From positions 64,001 through 128,000 of the forward strand of contig CAWBEI010000002.1 in assembly GCA_963787835.1 (NCBI GenBank): a stretch of 64,000 nucleotides of DNA, written 5' to 3'. The number at the start of each line of letters is the position of its first letter. Position 1 is the stretch's first letter. Position numbers and translations under genes: made by a program. The DNA is from Ignavibacteriota bacterium (GTDB lineage Bacteria > Bacteroidota > Ignavibacteria > Palsa-1295). The notes under the pieces were generated by a model, which was given only the letters and a program-made list of their open reading frames with translations, had not been told where the DNA came from and did no database searches. Below are positions 27,404 to 36,633 of this stretch, piece by piece.

Positions 27404-30400
27404 ATGCATAAATACGAGCCATTACCAGCAACCTTCTCTCCTGATGAGCGAGAACATCGCATTTTGGAGAGATGGAAGGAGAAAAATATATTTCGCCGCT
27501 CCGTTGAGGAGCGCGATGCGGAGCGTGTTTTTTCTTTTTATGAAGGGCCCCCCACGGTTAACGGCACACCGGGCATTCACCACGTTTTTTCGCGTACTAT
27601 TAAGGATGCCATCTGCCGTTACAAAACGATGTCTGGATTTCGCGTGGAGCGTAAGGCCGGATGGGATACGCACGGCCTTCCCGTCGAGATTGCGATCGAG
27701 AAAGAGCTTGGATTTCGCCATAAGAACGAGATCGTCGAGTATGGTGTCGGCAAATTCAATGAGAAGTGCAAAGAGCTTGTCTATAGCAACATCAGCCGCG
27801 ATGCCGGCTGGCGCGAACTGACCGAGCGCATGGGATATTGGGTCAATATGGATGACCCTTACATCACCTGCACGAACGATTATATCGAATCCGTCTGGTG
27901 GGCGATAAAGAAGTTCCATGATGCGGGACTGATCTATAAAGGCTTCAAAATTCAGCCCTATTGCCCCCGCTGCGAGACGGCGCTTTCGTCGCATGAAGTA
28001 TCGCTTGGATACGATACCGCGAAAGATCCAAGCGTGTATGTAAAATTCAGACGAAAGAATGTTCCGGAAGAGGAATTCTTCCTCGCATGGACCACTACGC
28101 CTTGGACGCTGCTTTCGAATGTAGCACTCGCCGTGCATCCCGATGTAGAGTACGTCACGGTAATCAATACGCGAAAAGACAAGATCGAACGCCTAATTCT
28201 CGCTGAAGCATTGATCGGCAAGCTCGAAGGAGAGACGGAGATTGTTGCTCGTACACTTGGAAAAGATTTGGGAGGGCAGCACTATGAACCGCTGTTCGAT
28301 TATCTATCCAAATCCTCCTACCCGGTTTTTGATAGGCAAAAACTGGAGAACGCATACAAGATTGTTGTCGACACCTATGTTTCCACCGAAGATGGAACTG
28401 GAATTGTTCACCAAGCTCCCGCTTTTGGTGAGGACGATTATCGCGTATCGCAACGTGAAGGTCTGCCGCTTGCCATCACCGTTTCGAGTAATGGAGAGAT
28501 AAATCTGGATTCTCCATACAAAGGAAAGTTTTTCAAAGATGCCGATCCTGAAATAACGGCGGAGTTAAAAGAAAAAGGCTTGCTATATCGTCGCGAGACG
28601 ATCGAGCATACCTACCCCTTTTGCTGGCGATGTGATACAGCACTGCTCTATTATGCGCGTGATTCGTGGTATATCCGCGTGACGGAATACAAGCAGAAAC
28701 TGATCGAGCAAAACCAAACTATAAACTGGCAACCACCGGAAATTCGAGATGGCCGGTTTGGCAATTGGCTGGAAGAACTAAAAGACTGGGGATTTTCCCG
28801 TGAGCGTTTTTGGGGAACTCCGCTGCCGATCTGGGTGTGCGAAAAATGCAACGTACAAAAGTGTGTTGGCTCGTTCGAGGAATTCGCAAATGGGAAGGAT
28901 AAGAATTTCGATCCGCACAAACCACATGTTGATGAACTCACATTCGTCTGCTCCTGTGGCGGAACAATGAAGCGCACTCCCGAAGTGATCGATGTTTGGT
29001 TCGATTCCGGTTCAGTGCCATTCGCGCAACACCATTTTATGGGTGAGACTACGAAGCCCATCAATTATCCTGCCGATTACATTTCGGAGGGTATCGACCA
29101 AACACGCGGATGGTTTTACACCATGCATGCGATCAACACATTCCTGTTTGGCGAGCGCGCGTATAAGAATGTGATCGTCAACGACATGCTGCTCGATAAA
29201 AAGGGTCAGAAAATGTCGAAGTCGAAGGGAAATATCGTTGATCCTTTTTCCGTGATGACAAAATATGGTGCCGATGCCACGCGCTGGTATCTGCTCTCTG
29301 CTGCCGTGCCGTGGAAACCGCGCGCCTTCAATGAAGACGATCTCGGCGAACTGGAACGCAAGCTCTTTGGCACACTCACGAATACGTATGGATTTTTCGC
29401 ACTCTATGCGAACATCGACAACTATTCTTACGATGCGAAAAAAATAATTCAGGTGCAAAAACGCGCCGAAGTTGACCGCTGGATCTTATCCAAGCTGAAT
29501 TCGCTCATTAAAGAATGCCGCGAAGAACTTGACGCTTACGACCTCACAAAACCGGCACGTGCTATCCAGGAATTTGTGATGGAGCAGCTTTCGAATTGGT
29601 ACATTCGCCGCAATCGCCGCCGTTTCTGGAAAGGAGAACAAGGCGAGGACAAACAAGCAGCCTACGATACGCTTTACGAATGCCTGTTAACTATTTCGAA
29701 GCTGATGGCTCCGCTCGCGCCATTCTTTTCGGATTGGATGTATCAGGCGCTTTCCGGTTCTGGAGATTCGGTACATCTTACTCTGTATCCAGAAGTGAAC
29801 GATATCGCGATTGACGCTCCGCTTGAACGTAGAATGGAATCAGCACAGATCGTCTCATCGCTGGTGCGGCAAATGCGGGAGCGCGCGAAGCTGCGCGTTC
29901 GCCAACCCCTTTCGCGCATTCTTATTCCCGTTGCGCGGCGAAATGAGATAGATGAACTGCGAAAAGTCGAAGACGTGATCCGCGAGGAAGTGAACGTCAA
30001 GCGCGTGGAATATGTCGAAGCCGGTGACAGCGATGTCATAAAACTAAAAGCGAAAGCGAATTTCAAATCGCTTGGCTCGAAACTTGGTGGTATGATGAAA
30101 GCTGTAGCGGCGCGAGTACAGAAGTTATCGCAGGATGAAATCCGTGCATACCAAACCGTAGGCAGTCTGGCATTCGAGATCGATGGGGCTAACGTCATTC
30201 TCGAACATGGCGACATCGAAATTATTGCGGAGGATGTCGAAGGATGGCTTGTTTCAAGCGAAGGTGCGGTAACGGTCGCGCTCGATACTGCAATGACTCC
30301 TGAACTCTTACACGAAGGCATGGCTCGCGAATTCGTGAACCGCGTTCAAAATCTCCGCAAAGATTCTGGATATGATGTAACGGATCGCATCGAGATCTTC

Positions 30401-30574
30401 GTAACATCGGAGTCGCCGGAACTGATGGATGCCGTGCAGAAATTTGCTGGATTTATTCAGCAGGAAACGCTCGCGAATGGGATTTCCCGGAATGCTCTTG
30501 AGGACGGGAGCCCATCCACGGATCTGGACATTCTTGGGTACGCGGTGAACGTTCAAATAGCCAGAACCAGCTAA
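27404..30574 (+). CDS. ileS: Isoleucyl-tRNA synthetase, type 2
   Basis: GPPTVNGTPGIHH, GWDTHGLP, WTTTPWT, DQTRGWF, KMSKS, REFVNRVQNLRK. Confidence 0.97.
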   Translation: MHKYEPLPATFSPDEREHRILERWKEKNIFRRSVEERDAERVFSFYEGPPTVNGTPGIHHVFSRTIKDAICRYKTMSGFRVERKAGWDTHGLPVEIAIEKELGFRHKNEIVEYGVGKFNEKCKELVYSNISRDAGWRELTERMGYWVNMDDPYITCTNDYIESVWWAIKKFHDAGLIYKGFKIQPYCPRCETALSSHEVSLGYDTAKDPSVYVKFRRKNVPEEEFFLAWTTTPWTLLSNVALAVHPDVEYVTVINTRKDKIERLILAEALIGKLEGETEIVARTLGKDLGGQHYEPLFDYLSKSSYPVFDRQKLENAYKIVVDTYVSTEDGTGIVHQAPAFGEDDYRVSQREGLPLAITVSSNGEINLDSPYKGKFFKDADPEITAELKEKGLLYRRETIEHTYPFCWRCDTALLYYARDSWYIRVTEYKQKLIEQNQTINWQPPEIRDGRFGNWLEELKDWGFSRERFWGTPLPIWVCEKCNVQKCVGSFEEFANGKDKNFDPHKPHVDELTFVCSCGGTMKRTPEVIDVWFDSGSVPFAQHHFMGETTKPINYPADYISEGIDQTRGWFYTMHAINTFLFGERAYKNVIVNDMLLDKKGQKMSKSKGNIVDPFSVMTKYGADATRWYLLSAAVPWKPRAFNEDDLGELERKLFGTLTNTYGFFALYANIDNYSYDAKKIIQVQKRAEVDRWILSKLNSLIKECREELDAYDLTKPARAIQEFVMEQLSNWYIRRNRRRFWKGEQGEDKQAAYDTLYECLLTISKLMAPLAPFFSDWMYQALSGSGDSVHLTLYPEVNDIAIDAPLERRMESAQIVSSLVRQMRERAKLRVRQPLSRILIPVARRNEIDELRKVEDVIREEVNVKRVEYVEAGDSDVIKLKAKANFKSLGSKLGGMMKAVAARVQKLSQDEIRAYQTVGSLAFEIDGANVILEHGDIEIIAEDVEGWLVSSEGAVTVALDTAMTPELLHEGMAREFVNRVQNLRKDSGYDVTDRIEIFVTSESPELMDAVQKFAGFIQQETLANGISRNALEDGSPSTDLDILGYAVNVQIARTS

Positions 30575-30752
30575 AATGGTCGAATTTGCTTATTATTTTG
30601 AGGAATAGATAATTCTTTGAATATTGAGCATTAGACGGATTCTTTCGGGCAACGGGTTGTTTTGACACATCTGTATTAAAAAATCCCCTGATCACAGCGG
30701 TAAAACGGCTAAATACAGGGTGTTTTTAAGCTTAGGAGGTCAAAAGTAACCT

Positions 30753-31667
30753 ATGGCAATAGCGAAAAAGTCTAGCTCGGCCAAGCGATCGGCACCACCC
30801 ACCTCGCGTGCTAAATCCTCGGCCAAAAAGGTGCAACCTGGCGCAACCCGCACGGTTGCAAAAAATGCTCCTGCAAAGGGAGCCAAACAGGGCACAAAGT
30901 CCATCGCACGCAAAGCAAAAACGCCTCGCATTGCAGCAAAGAACACTCAGTCGAAAAAAGCTATCACATCGAAGCCACGCATAATCTCTAAGCCAGAATC
31001 TGGAAAAGCCGCTGTAGCACCTACACAAAAAAGCGATACAAAAACAATTGCGACGCAGGTCGTTCAAGCACCTCCCATTGCTAAACTCCCTGCGCAACAA
31101 CACTCAACTATGTCGAACACTATAAAGAACAAGATGGAAGTAGCACCCGGCGGAGGAATCGTCCAGCCGGCAACACGTACGATACCCGAAATGCGTTTGC
31201 TTGCGGATGACGCAGAAATTCTCGCGTCTGCCTCGGAGCGTTACGGGCGTAAAGATCTCGAAGCATTTCGAAAATTGATCCTTGAACAGGTGCAGGAAGC
31301 CCGCGAAGAATTTGAAATTCTCAGCCAGAATATCCTGGATACCTCCGGGGAGTTCGAAGCCGATAATCAGACCTACTCCTTACACACCGCCGAACAAGGC
31401 ACGGATGCGATCGAGCGAGAGAAAACTTTCCTTCATGCCCAGCGCACCAGTGATTTTATTAAAAAGCTCGATGCTGCGCTCGAGCGCATCGACCGTGGTA
31501 CCTATGGTATTTGCGTTGTTTGCGGAGGGTTGATCGAAAAGGAGCGCCTTCAGGCAGTGCCCATTACGCAAAAACATGTGGATTGCAAAAATCGGACACA
31601 AGTTCGCAAGCCCGGAAACGGCAACAGCGGATTTCGTGACGAGGAACCACCCCCGAATGTCGATTAA
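30753..31667 (+). CDS. TraR/DksA zinc-finger protein with Lys/Ala-rich N-terminal extension
   Basis: ALERIDRGTYGICVVCG..I..ERLQAVP; TAGGAGG RBS; position between ileS and lspA. Confidence 0.85.
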   Translation: MAIAKKSSSAKRSAPPTSRAKSSAKKVQPGATRTVAKNAPAKGAKQGTKSIARKAKTPRIAAKNTQSKKAITSKPRIISKPESGKAAVAPTQKSDTKTIATQVVQAPPIAKLPAQQHSTMSNTIKNKMEVAPGGGIVQPATRTIPEMRLLADDAEILASASERYGRKDLEAFRKLILEQVQEAREEFEILSQNILDTSGEFEADNQTYSLHTAEQGTDAIEREKTFLHAQRTSDFIKKLDAALERIDRGTYGICVVCGGLIEKERLQAVPITQKHVDCKNRTQVRKPGNGNSGFRDEEPPPNVD

Positions 31668-31713
31668 GACTGCCCGAACTGACGTTCGCTTCGCCTAATT
31701 TTAGCCTCTGCGC

Positions 31714-32325
31714 ATGGCTGTACTCTGGATAACTTTTATTGTCGTTTTGATCGATCAGGCTACCAAGCTGATGGTCAAGGGTTCCCCGTGGCATTGGCTC
31801 CCTTTTTCGGGCATGCCCTATGGGCACTCCATTCCTTTTCTCGATGATATCGTTCGGATCACCTACATTGAGAATCCTGGAATTGCCTTCGGGATCACGA
31901 TCCCCGGCTTTAAAGTATTCTTCGCAGTGTTCTCTATCGTCGCATCCGTTGCGATCCTGATCTATCTGAAGCGCAATCTTCATCGATTACGATTGGGCGA
32001 GCGAGTGGCGTTGGCAATGATCTTAGGCGGCGCAATTGGGAATCTGATCGACCGTGTTTTCTACGGAGTCATCTTCCATGAACAGCCGCTTTTTTATGGC
32101 AGGGTCGTCGATTTCATCAACTGCGGCCTTCACCGAAATATGTTCCCAGTTTTCAACGTCGCAGATTCCTCTGTGAGTATCGGCGTCGGTGTTCTTGTCA
32201 TCCTGCTTATGCGGCATAAACAAACTGCGCCAGTCCTCGCTGAGAATACATCTCCAGCCGAGCATTCCTCCGATAGTTCGATGGATGCGACCTCCCATGA
32301 GGCTGCTGAATCCTCGCTGATATGA
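31714..32325 (+). CDS. lspA: Lipoprotein signal peptidase
   Basis: DQATK, NPGIAFG, GAIGNLIDR, VVDFI, FNVAD. Confidence 0.95.
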   Translation: MAVLWITFIVVLIDQATKLMVKGSPWHWLPFSGMPYGHSIPFLDDIVRITYIENPGIAFGITIPGFKVFFAVFSIVASVAILIYLKRNLHRLRLGERVALAMILGGAIGNLIDRVFYGVIFHEQPLFYGRVVDFINCGLHRNMFPVFNVADSSVSIGVGVLVILLMRHKQTAPVLAENTSPAEHSSDSSMDATSHEAAESSLI

Positions 32326-33377
32326 TCTCGCTGGAGCAGGCTGCCACCGAATCTTCGCGGCACGTCCTTGACATCTTAGTTCCGAAGGGCGAGCACCCCG
32401 AACGGGTCGATCAATACCTTTCGCGCGTGATCGCACATAGCTCTCGCTCGAAAGTTCAGAATGCCATTGCCGCCGGCGCCGTTCTACTTAATGGGAATAT
32501 ATTAGATCGACCATCCTATAAAGTCCGAGGCGGCGATGTGTTCCAGATAACGATCCCGCGACCAGCACCAAGCCACGCGGAAGCGGAAAATATTCCGCTC
32601 GATATTGTTTTCGAAGACGATGCGCTCATTATCATCAATAAACCCGCAGGGATGGTCGTGCATCCCGCGCACGGGTCTCGCAGTGGGACGCTTGTCAATG
32701 CGCTATTGCATCACATTCGCGAATTCCGCGCCGATCATCCCGGCAGCGATCCCGAACGTCCGGGAATTGTTCATCGGCTCGATAAGGACACATCAGGATT
32801 GCTTGTTGTTGCTAAAACCGAAGAAGCACATCGTAATCTCGCAAAACAATTTTTCCATCATACGGCACAGCGAATCTATAATGCAATTGTGTGGGGAAAT
32901 TTCAAGGAACGATCGGGACATATTGAAACGCTCATTGGTCGCCACCCGCGCGACCGCAAGAAATTTGCCGTTATCAATGAAGCACCACTCTATTTAAAAG
33001 AGAAAGAAGGCGGCGGCGGTAAAATTGCAATTACCGATTACGTTGTCCTGGAAGACTTTCTTGGGTTTTCGCTCGTCGAGTTGCGGTTGCAAACGGGCCG
33101 CACACATCAGATCCGCGTTCACATGCAGCATATCGGACACCCTGTGTTTGGCGACGCAGTATATGGCGGTCGCGCAATGAACGTCATGCGGCAGGATATT
33201 CCGCAATGGAGATCGAAGGCAGAGCATCTTTTAGAGTTGCTTCCGCGTCAGGCGCTACATGCCCGCACGCTGAAGATTCATCATCCTACAACCGGCGATC
33301 TCATGGAGTGGTCGGTACCATTGCCAAAAGATATGGAGCGAGTGCTCGAGGGAATGAAAGAGATAACCAAAGATTAA
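32322..33377 (+). CDS. rluD: RluA/RluD pseudouridine synthase
   Basis: S4 domain, NKPAGMVVHP, VHRLDKDTSG, TGRTHQIRVH. Confidence 0.9.
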   Translation: MISLEQAATESSRHVLDILVPKGEHPERVDQYLSRVIAHSSRSKVQNAIAAGAVLLNGNILDRPSYKVRGGDVFQITIPRPAPSHAEAENIPLDIVFEDDALIIINKPAGMVVHPAHGSRSGTLVNALLHHIREFRADHPGSDPERPGIVHRLDKDTSGLLVVAKTEEAHRNLAKQFFHHTAQRIYNAIVWGNFKERSGHIETLIGRHPRDRKKFAVINEAPLYLKEKEGGGGKIAITDYVVLEDFLGFSLVELRLQTGRTHQIRVHMQHIGHPVFGDAVYGGRAMNVMRQDIPQWRSKAEHLLELLPRQALHARTLKIHHPTTGDLMEWSVPLPKDMERVLEGMKEITKD

Positions 33378-33826
33378 TCTAATCCTGTCACGATCTTCCA
33401 CTCTTTCTCTGTCACCGGAGTGATCGAAAAACGGGAGCCTTTTTGAAGGATACCCATTTTTTCGAGACCTTTGGTCTTGCGAAGCTCAGCAAGCGTGATC
33501 GGCCGTTTGAGGTGCTTAACATATTTTACTTCCACGCACATCCAGATCGGATTTGCCGGAGTTGATTTGGGATCGTAGTGGCTGTCCTTGGGATTAAGCG
33601 CGGTTTCATCAGGAATAGGCCCACTGGCAACTTCACAGATGCCGACGATAGCAGGCTCTGCGGTGCTCGAGTGATAGAAAAACCCTTTATCGCCAACTTT
33701 CATTTGATCGCGCATGTAGTTCCGCACCTGGTAGTTGCGAACACCCGTCCAGGCGGTGGTGCCGTCGCGTTTCAGGTCATCGATGGAATACGATTCTGCA
33801 TCCGTTTTTAAAAGCCAGTATTGCAT
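33374..33826 (-). CDS. EVE domain protein
   Basis: YWLLKTD, W.GVRNYQ.RN, FFYHS, SITPVT. Confidence 0.92.
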   Translation of the reverse strand: MQYWLLKTDAESYSIDDLKRDGTTAWTGVRNYQVRNYMRDQMKVGDKGFFYHSSTAEPAIVGICEVASGPIPDETALNPKDSHYDPKSTPANPIWMCVEVKYVKHLKRPITLAELRKTKGLEKMGILQKGSRFSITPVTEKEWKIVTGLD

Positions 33827-33841
33827 AGGAGTAAATTAAAA

Positions 33842-33980
33842 GTCATTGCGAGGAGCATCGAACGACTCGCGTGATCGGTCATGCGTGAGGGAGTTCGATG
33901 TGACGAAGCAATCTGTTTCCACGAAGGGATTGCTTCGTCGAACTTCTCCGCTATCGCTCCGAAGTTCTCCTTGCAATGAC
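33842..33980. repeat. GTCATTGCGAG-type palindromic repeat, second copy
   Basis: GTCATTGCGAGG...GACGAAGCAATC...GATTGCTTCGTC...CCTTGCAATGAC. Confidence 0.85.
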
Positions 33981-34031
33981 ACTTTAGATAGAAGGAACAT
34001 TCCCGAAGTACTTTCACTTTCACGTAAGTTC

Positions 34032-35042
34032 ATGTACATTCCTCGATACCACCATCTCTTTGCCTCCGGTGAGCTTGCTCGCCGAGCGGAGCAGTTGAAC
34101 GCCATGCTTGCTTCATGCAATATTTGCCCACTCGATTGCAATGTGAACCGGCTGGAAGGCGAGATTTCGCGATGTTATTCTGCAAAGCTGCCTATCGTTT
34201 CATCCTATTGCCCTCATTTTGGTGAAGAACCGGCATTGGTTGGTACTCATGGTGTGGGAAATATCTTTTTTGGCAACTGCAATCTAAAGTGTAGTTATTG
34301 CCAGAACTATGAGATCAGCCAGCGATGGAAAGAGGAACGGAAGAACGAAGTTTCTATCGACCGTTTAGCAGAAATGATGATCGAATTGCAGGATGTCCAC
34401 CATTGCCATGCGATCGGTTTTGTTTCTCCAACGCATTTCGTGCCGCAGATGGCCCAAGGAATTCTGGAAGCCTGTAAACTCGGATTGGATGTCCCAATCA
34501 TTTATAATACGAATGCGTATGATTCGGTCGAGGTGTTGCAAATGCTCGATGGCATCGTCGATATTTATTTGCCGGATATTAAATATTCGGAAGATGAGAT
34601 GGGTTACCAGTATTCCGGTGTGAAAGAATATGTGCGGCATTCACGCGCTGCACTTGCGGAGATGTACCGACAGATGGGTGATGAACTTCTGATCGGTGAT
34701 GACTGCCTGGTAAAACGTGGTCTTATCATTCGGCATCTCGTGCTTCCTAACGATCTCGCCGGCAGCCGTGAGACGCTTGAATTTATATCAGATGAGCTCT
34801 CGAACCGGGTAACGCTTTCGGTGATGTCGCAATATTACCCCACGAATAAAGTTACTATTGAGAATGCCGACAAATTCGAATCACTGCAACTACTCAATCG
34901 CCGGATTCGTGAGCGCGAATATGACAAGGTGCTCGACCTGCTCGATGAATTCGGTTTCGAGCATGGCTGGGCACAGGAATTCGAAAGCCAGGATTATTAC
35001 CGGCCGGATTTTTCCAATCGGGTAACGCCATTTTCTTTGTAG
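34032..35042 (+). CDS. Radical SAM protein (PflX-like)
   Basis: CNICPLDC.VNR, HFGEEP, CNLKCSYCQN (CxxxCxxC), YLPDIKY, RHLVLP; the ORF-track 5' extension is repeat sequence. Confidence 0.88.
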   Translation: MYIPRYHHLFASGELARRAEQLNAMLASCNICPLDCNVNRLEGEISRCYSAKLPIVSSYCPHFGEEPALVGTHGVGNIFFGNCNLKCSYCQNYEISQRWKEERKNEVSIDRLAEMMIELQDVHHCHAIGFVSPTHFVPQMAQGILEACKLGLDVPIIYNTNAYDSVEVLQMLDGIVDIYLPDIKYSEDEMGYQYSGVKEYVRHSRAALAEMYRQMGDELLIGDDCLVKRGLIIRHLVLPNDLAGSRETLEFISDELSNRVTLSVMSQYYPTNKVTIENADKFESLQLLNRRIREREYDKVLDLLDEFGFEHGWAQEFESQDYYRPDFSNRVTPFSL

Positions 35043-35097
35043 CCGTGACCTTTAGGTCACGGTGTATCTCGCACCGTAACCTAAAGGTTACGGCTAC
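35039..35097. repeat. GTAG-type REP doublet between convergent genes
   Basis: GTAGCCGTGACCTTTAGGTCACGG ... CCGTAACCTAAAGGTTACGGCTAC. Confidence 0.85.
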
Positions 35098-35726
35098 TTT
35101 CGTATTTCTCCCGTCTCCATGCTCCAGAATAGAAGATCAAGCTCATCCATTGAAATGTCAATACGTTTCGCGAATCGCTTCCATTGCTTTTCGATCTCAA
35201 GATAACGTCTCGTGGTCAGGCTTGCAGGTATCTCCTTAATGACATGCAGGCGAAGCAAATGTTTCAGAATATGCCGGTCGAGAATTGCCAGCCCACGCAC
35301 ACCGATATTGCGTAGAAAATGGGATGATTCTTTCAAGCCTAATCCTTTTACTGAATCGAGCATGATGTCTCGCTTATGTTCTGCGGTAAGCGTTGAATTA
35401 GTGAGGTGTATAAGAAATTCCGGAAAAGACTCTCGTATCACAAGCAACCGTTTCGCTTTTGTGTTGTGGAACCGAATGTAATGTTTGGGATCTCTTAAAT
35501 AGGATGTTGGATCGAACCCTCTTCCGAAAAAATCATCGCGTTCAAGTTCGATGATCGTCTTCTCAGCATTTATTGCGCTTGATTGCGGCGTAAGGATGCA
35601 AAATGCGAGTTCATAAAAATAGTGCGAAGCTGGAACAGCAGCAAAATCTTCGAGCCTGTTACGAATGGCTTCGCTTCGCTCGGCATACGTAGTGTTCCAC
35701 GGCTCGGGGAGTTTAGCCTTTGGCAA
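35094..35726 (-). CDS. ogg: 8-oxoguanine DNA glycosylase/AP lyase (Ogg2 type)
   Basis: ELAFCILTPQS.A, RFHNTKA, KGLGLKESSHFLRNIG, ILDRH, GEIRK C-terminus. Confidence 0.88.
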   Translation of the reverse strand: MPKAKLPEPWNTTYAERSEAIRNRLEDFAAVPASHYFYELAFCILTPQSSAINAEKTIIELERDDFFGRGFDPTSYLRDPKHYIRFHNTKAKRLLVIRESFPEFLIHLTNSTLTAEHKRDIMLDSVKGLGLKESSHFLRNIGVRGLAILDRHILKHLLRLHVIKEIPASLTTRRYLEIEKQWKRFAKRIDISMDELDLLFWSMETGEIRK

Positions 35727-36633
35727 GCGTAAACACTCCTTCCTCAGACTGGGTAATGAATCCTTCTTCTGTTAACAAAAATAAGATAGAGGTGACGAAT
35801 GGGACAAAGCCAGGTTCGGAAATTTTATAAATTTTTCTTAACTCTGACAAAAGATTGCGTTTGGTGATGGTTTCACTTTTTGAAATGAGATGAAGAATTC
35901 TCCCACGCCATATCCGGCGAGGTTGTCCAAAATGGCGCCTTTCAGATGAGGTGACGCTTTCGGAAACTTCTGAAGATAGCTTCCCTGCACTTTTGCAAAA
36001 TTTCTGAACGGGACATACGCTGCATTTCGGAGCCTTCTTCGTGCAGACTGTCGATCCAAGATCCATCAGAGCTTCGTGCCATGCAGATGATTTCCCTTTG
36101 GGAAAGATCGAGGCATCCAACTCGTAAATATCGCGCATCGGAAGTTTATCATTGGAATGCTTCATTGGCTTCCACCACCGAGATAGAACGCGTTCGATGT
36201 TGACATCGACGACGGGAACATCCTCATTATAGGCAAATGCAAGAACTGCACTTGCCGTGTAGAGACCAACGCCGGGCAGCGATCGCAATTCCGACAAAGA
36301 TTTCGGGAAGGTTCGTAACGTACTAATAGCTTTGGCTGTTTGATGCAAATTCAAAGCACGGCGATTATACCCAAGTCCTTGCCATGCACGAAGCACATCG
36401 GCGCGAGACGCAGATGCAAGCTGTTTAACGGATGGGAATTTACCAAGAAATTCCGGAAGTTTTTTCTCGACCTGCTTTACGCCTGTTTGTTGCAGCATGA
36501 ACTCGCTTACCAATACCTCGTACGGAGACCGTCGAAGTCCTCGCCAGATGAAGCTGCGTTTGTTTGCGCGATGCCACTCCAAAAGGATCGGCACGGCTCG
36601 ATGCAATCGCGCACGCGTAGCATGGTGAAACAT
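35713..36633 (-). CDS. mutY: A/G-specific adenine glycosylase (short form)
   Basis: VSEFMLQQT, WQGLGYNRRA, LPGVGLYTA, VDVN, C-x6-C-x2-C-x5-C. Confidence 0.9.
   Translation of the reverse strand: MFHHATRARLHRAVPILLEWHRANKRSFIWRGLRRSPYEVLVSEFMLQQTGVKQVEKKLPEFLGKFPSVKQLASASRADVLRAWQGLGYNRRALNLHQTAKAISTLRTFPKSLSELRSLPGVGLYTASAVLAFAYNEDVPVVDVNIERVLSRWWKPMKHSNDKLPMRDIYELDASIFPKGKSSAWHEALMDLGSTVCTKKAPKCSVCPVQKFCKSAGKLSSEVSESVTSSERRHFGQPRRIWRGRILHLISKSETITKRNLLSELRKIYKISEPGFVPFVTSILFLLTEEGFITQSEEGVFTLAKG

Noticed and set aside
32980-33020. Short insertion APLYLKEKEGGGG in RluD as another repeat-derived loop
   Set aside because: Only a 4-bp stem (CTCT/AGAG); too weak to call without an alignment
33846-34031. 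62-aa N-terminal extension of the radical SAM ORF
   Set aside because: Read-through of the GTCATTGCGAG palindromic repeat; family similarity starts at MYIPRY
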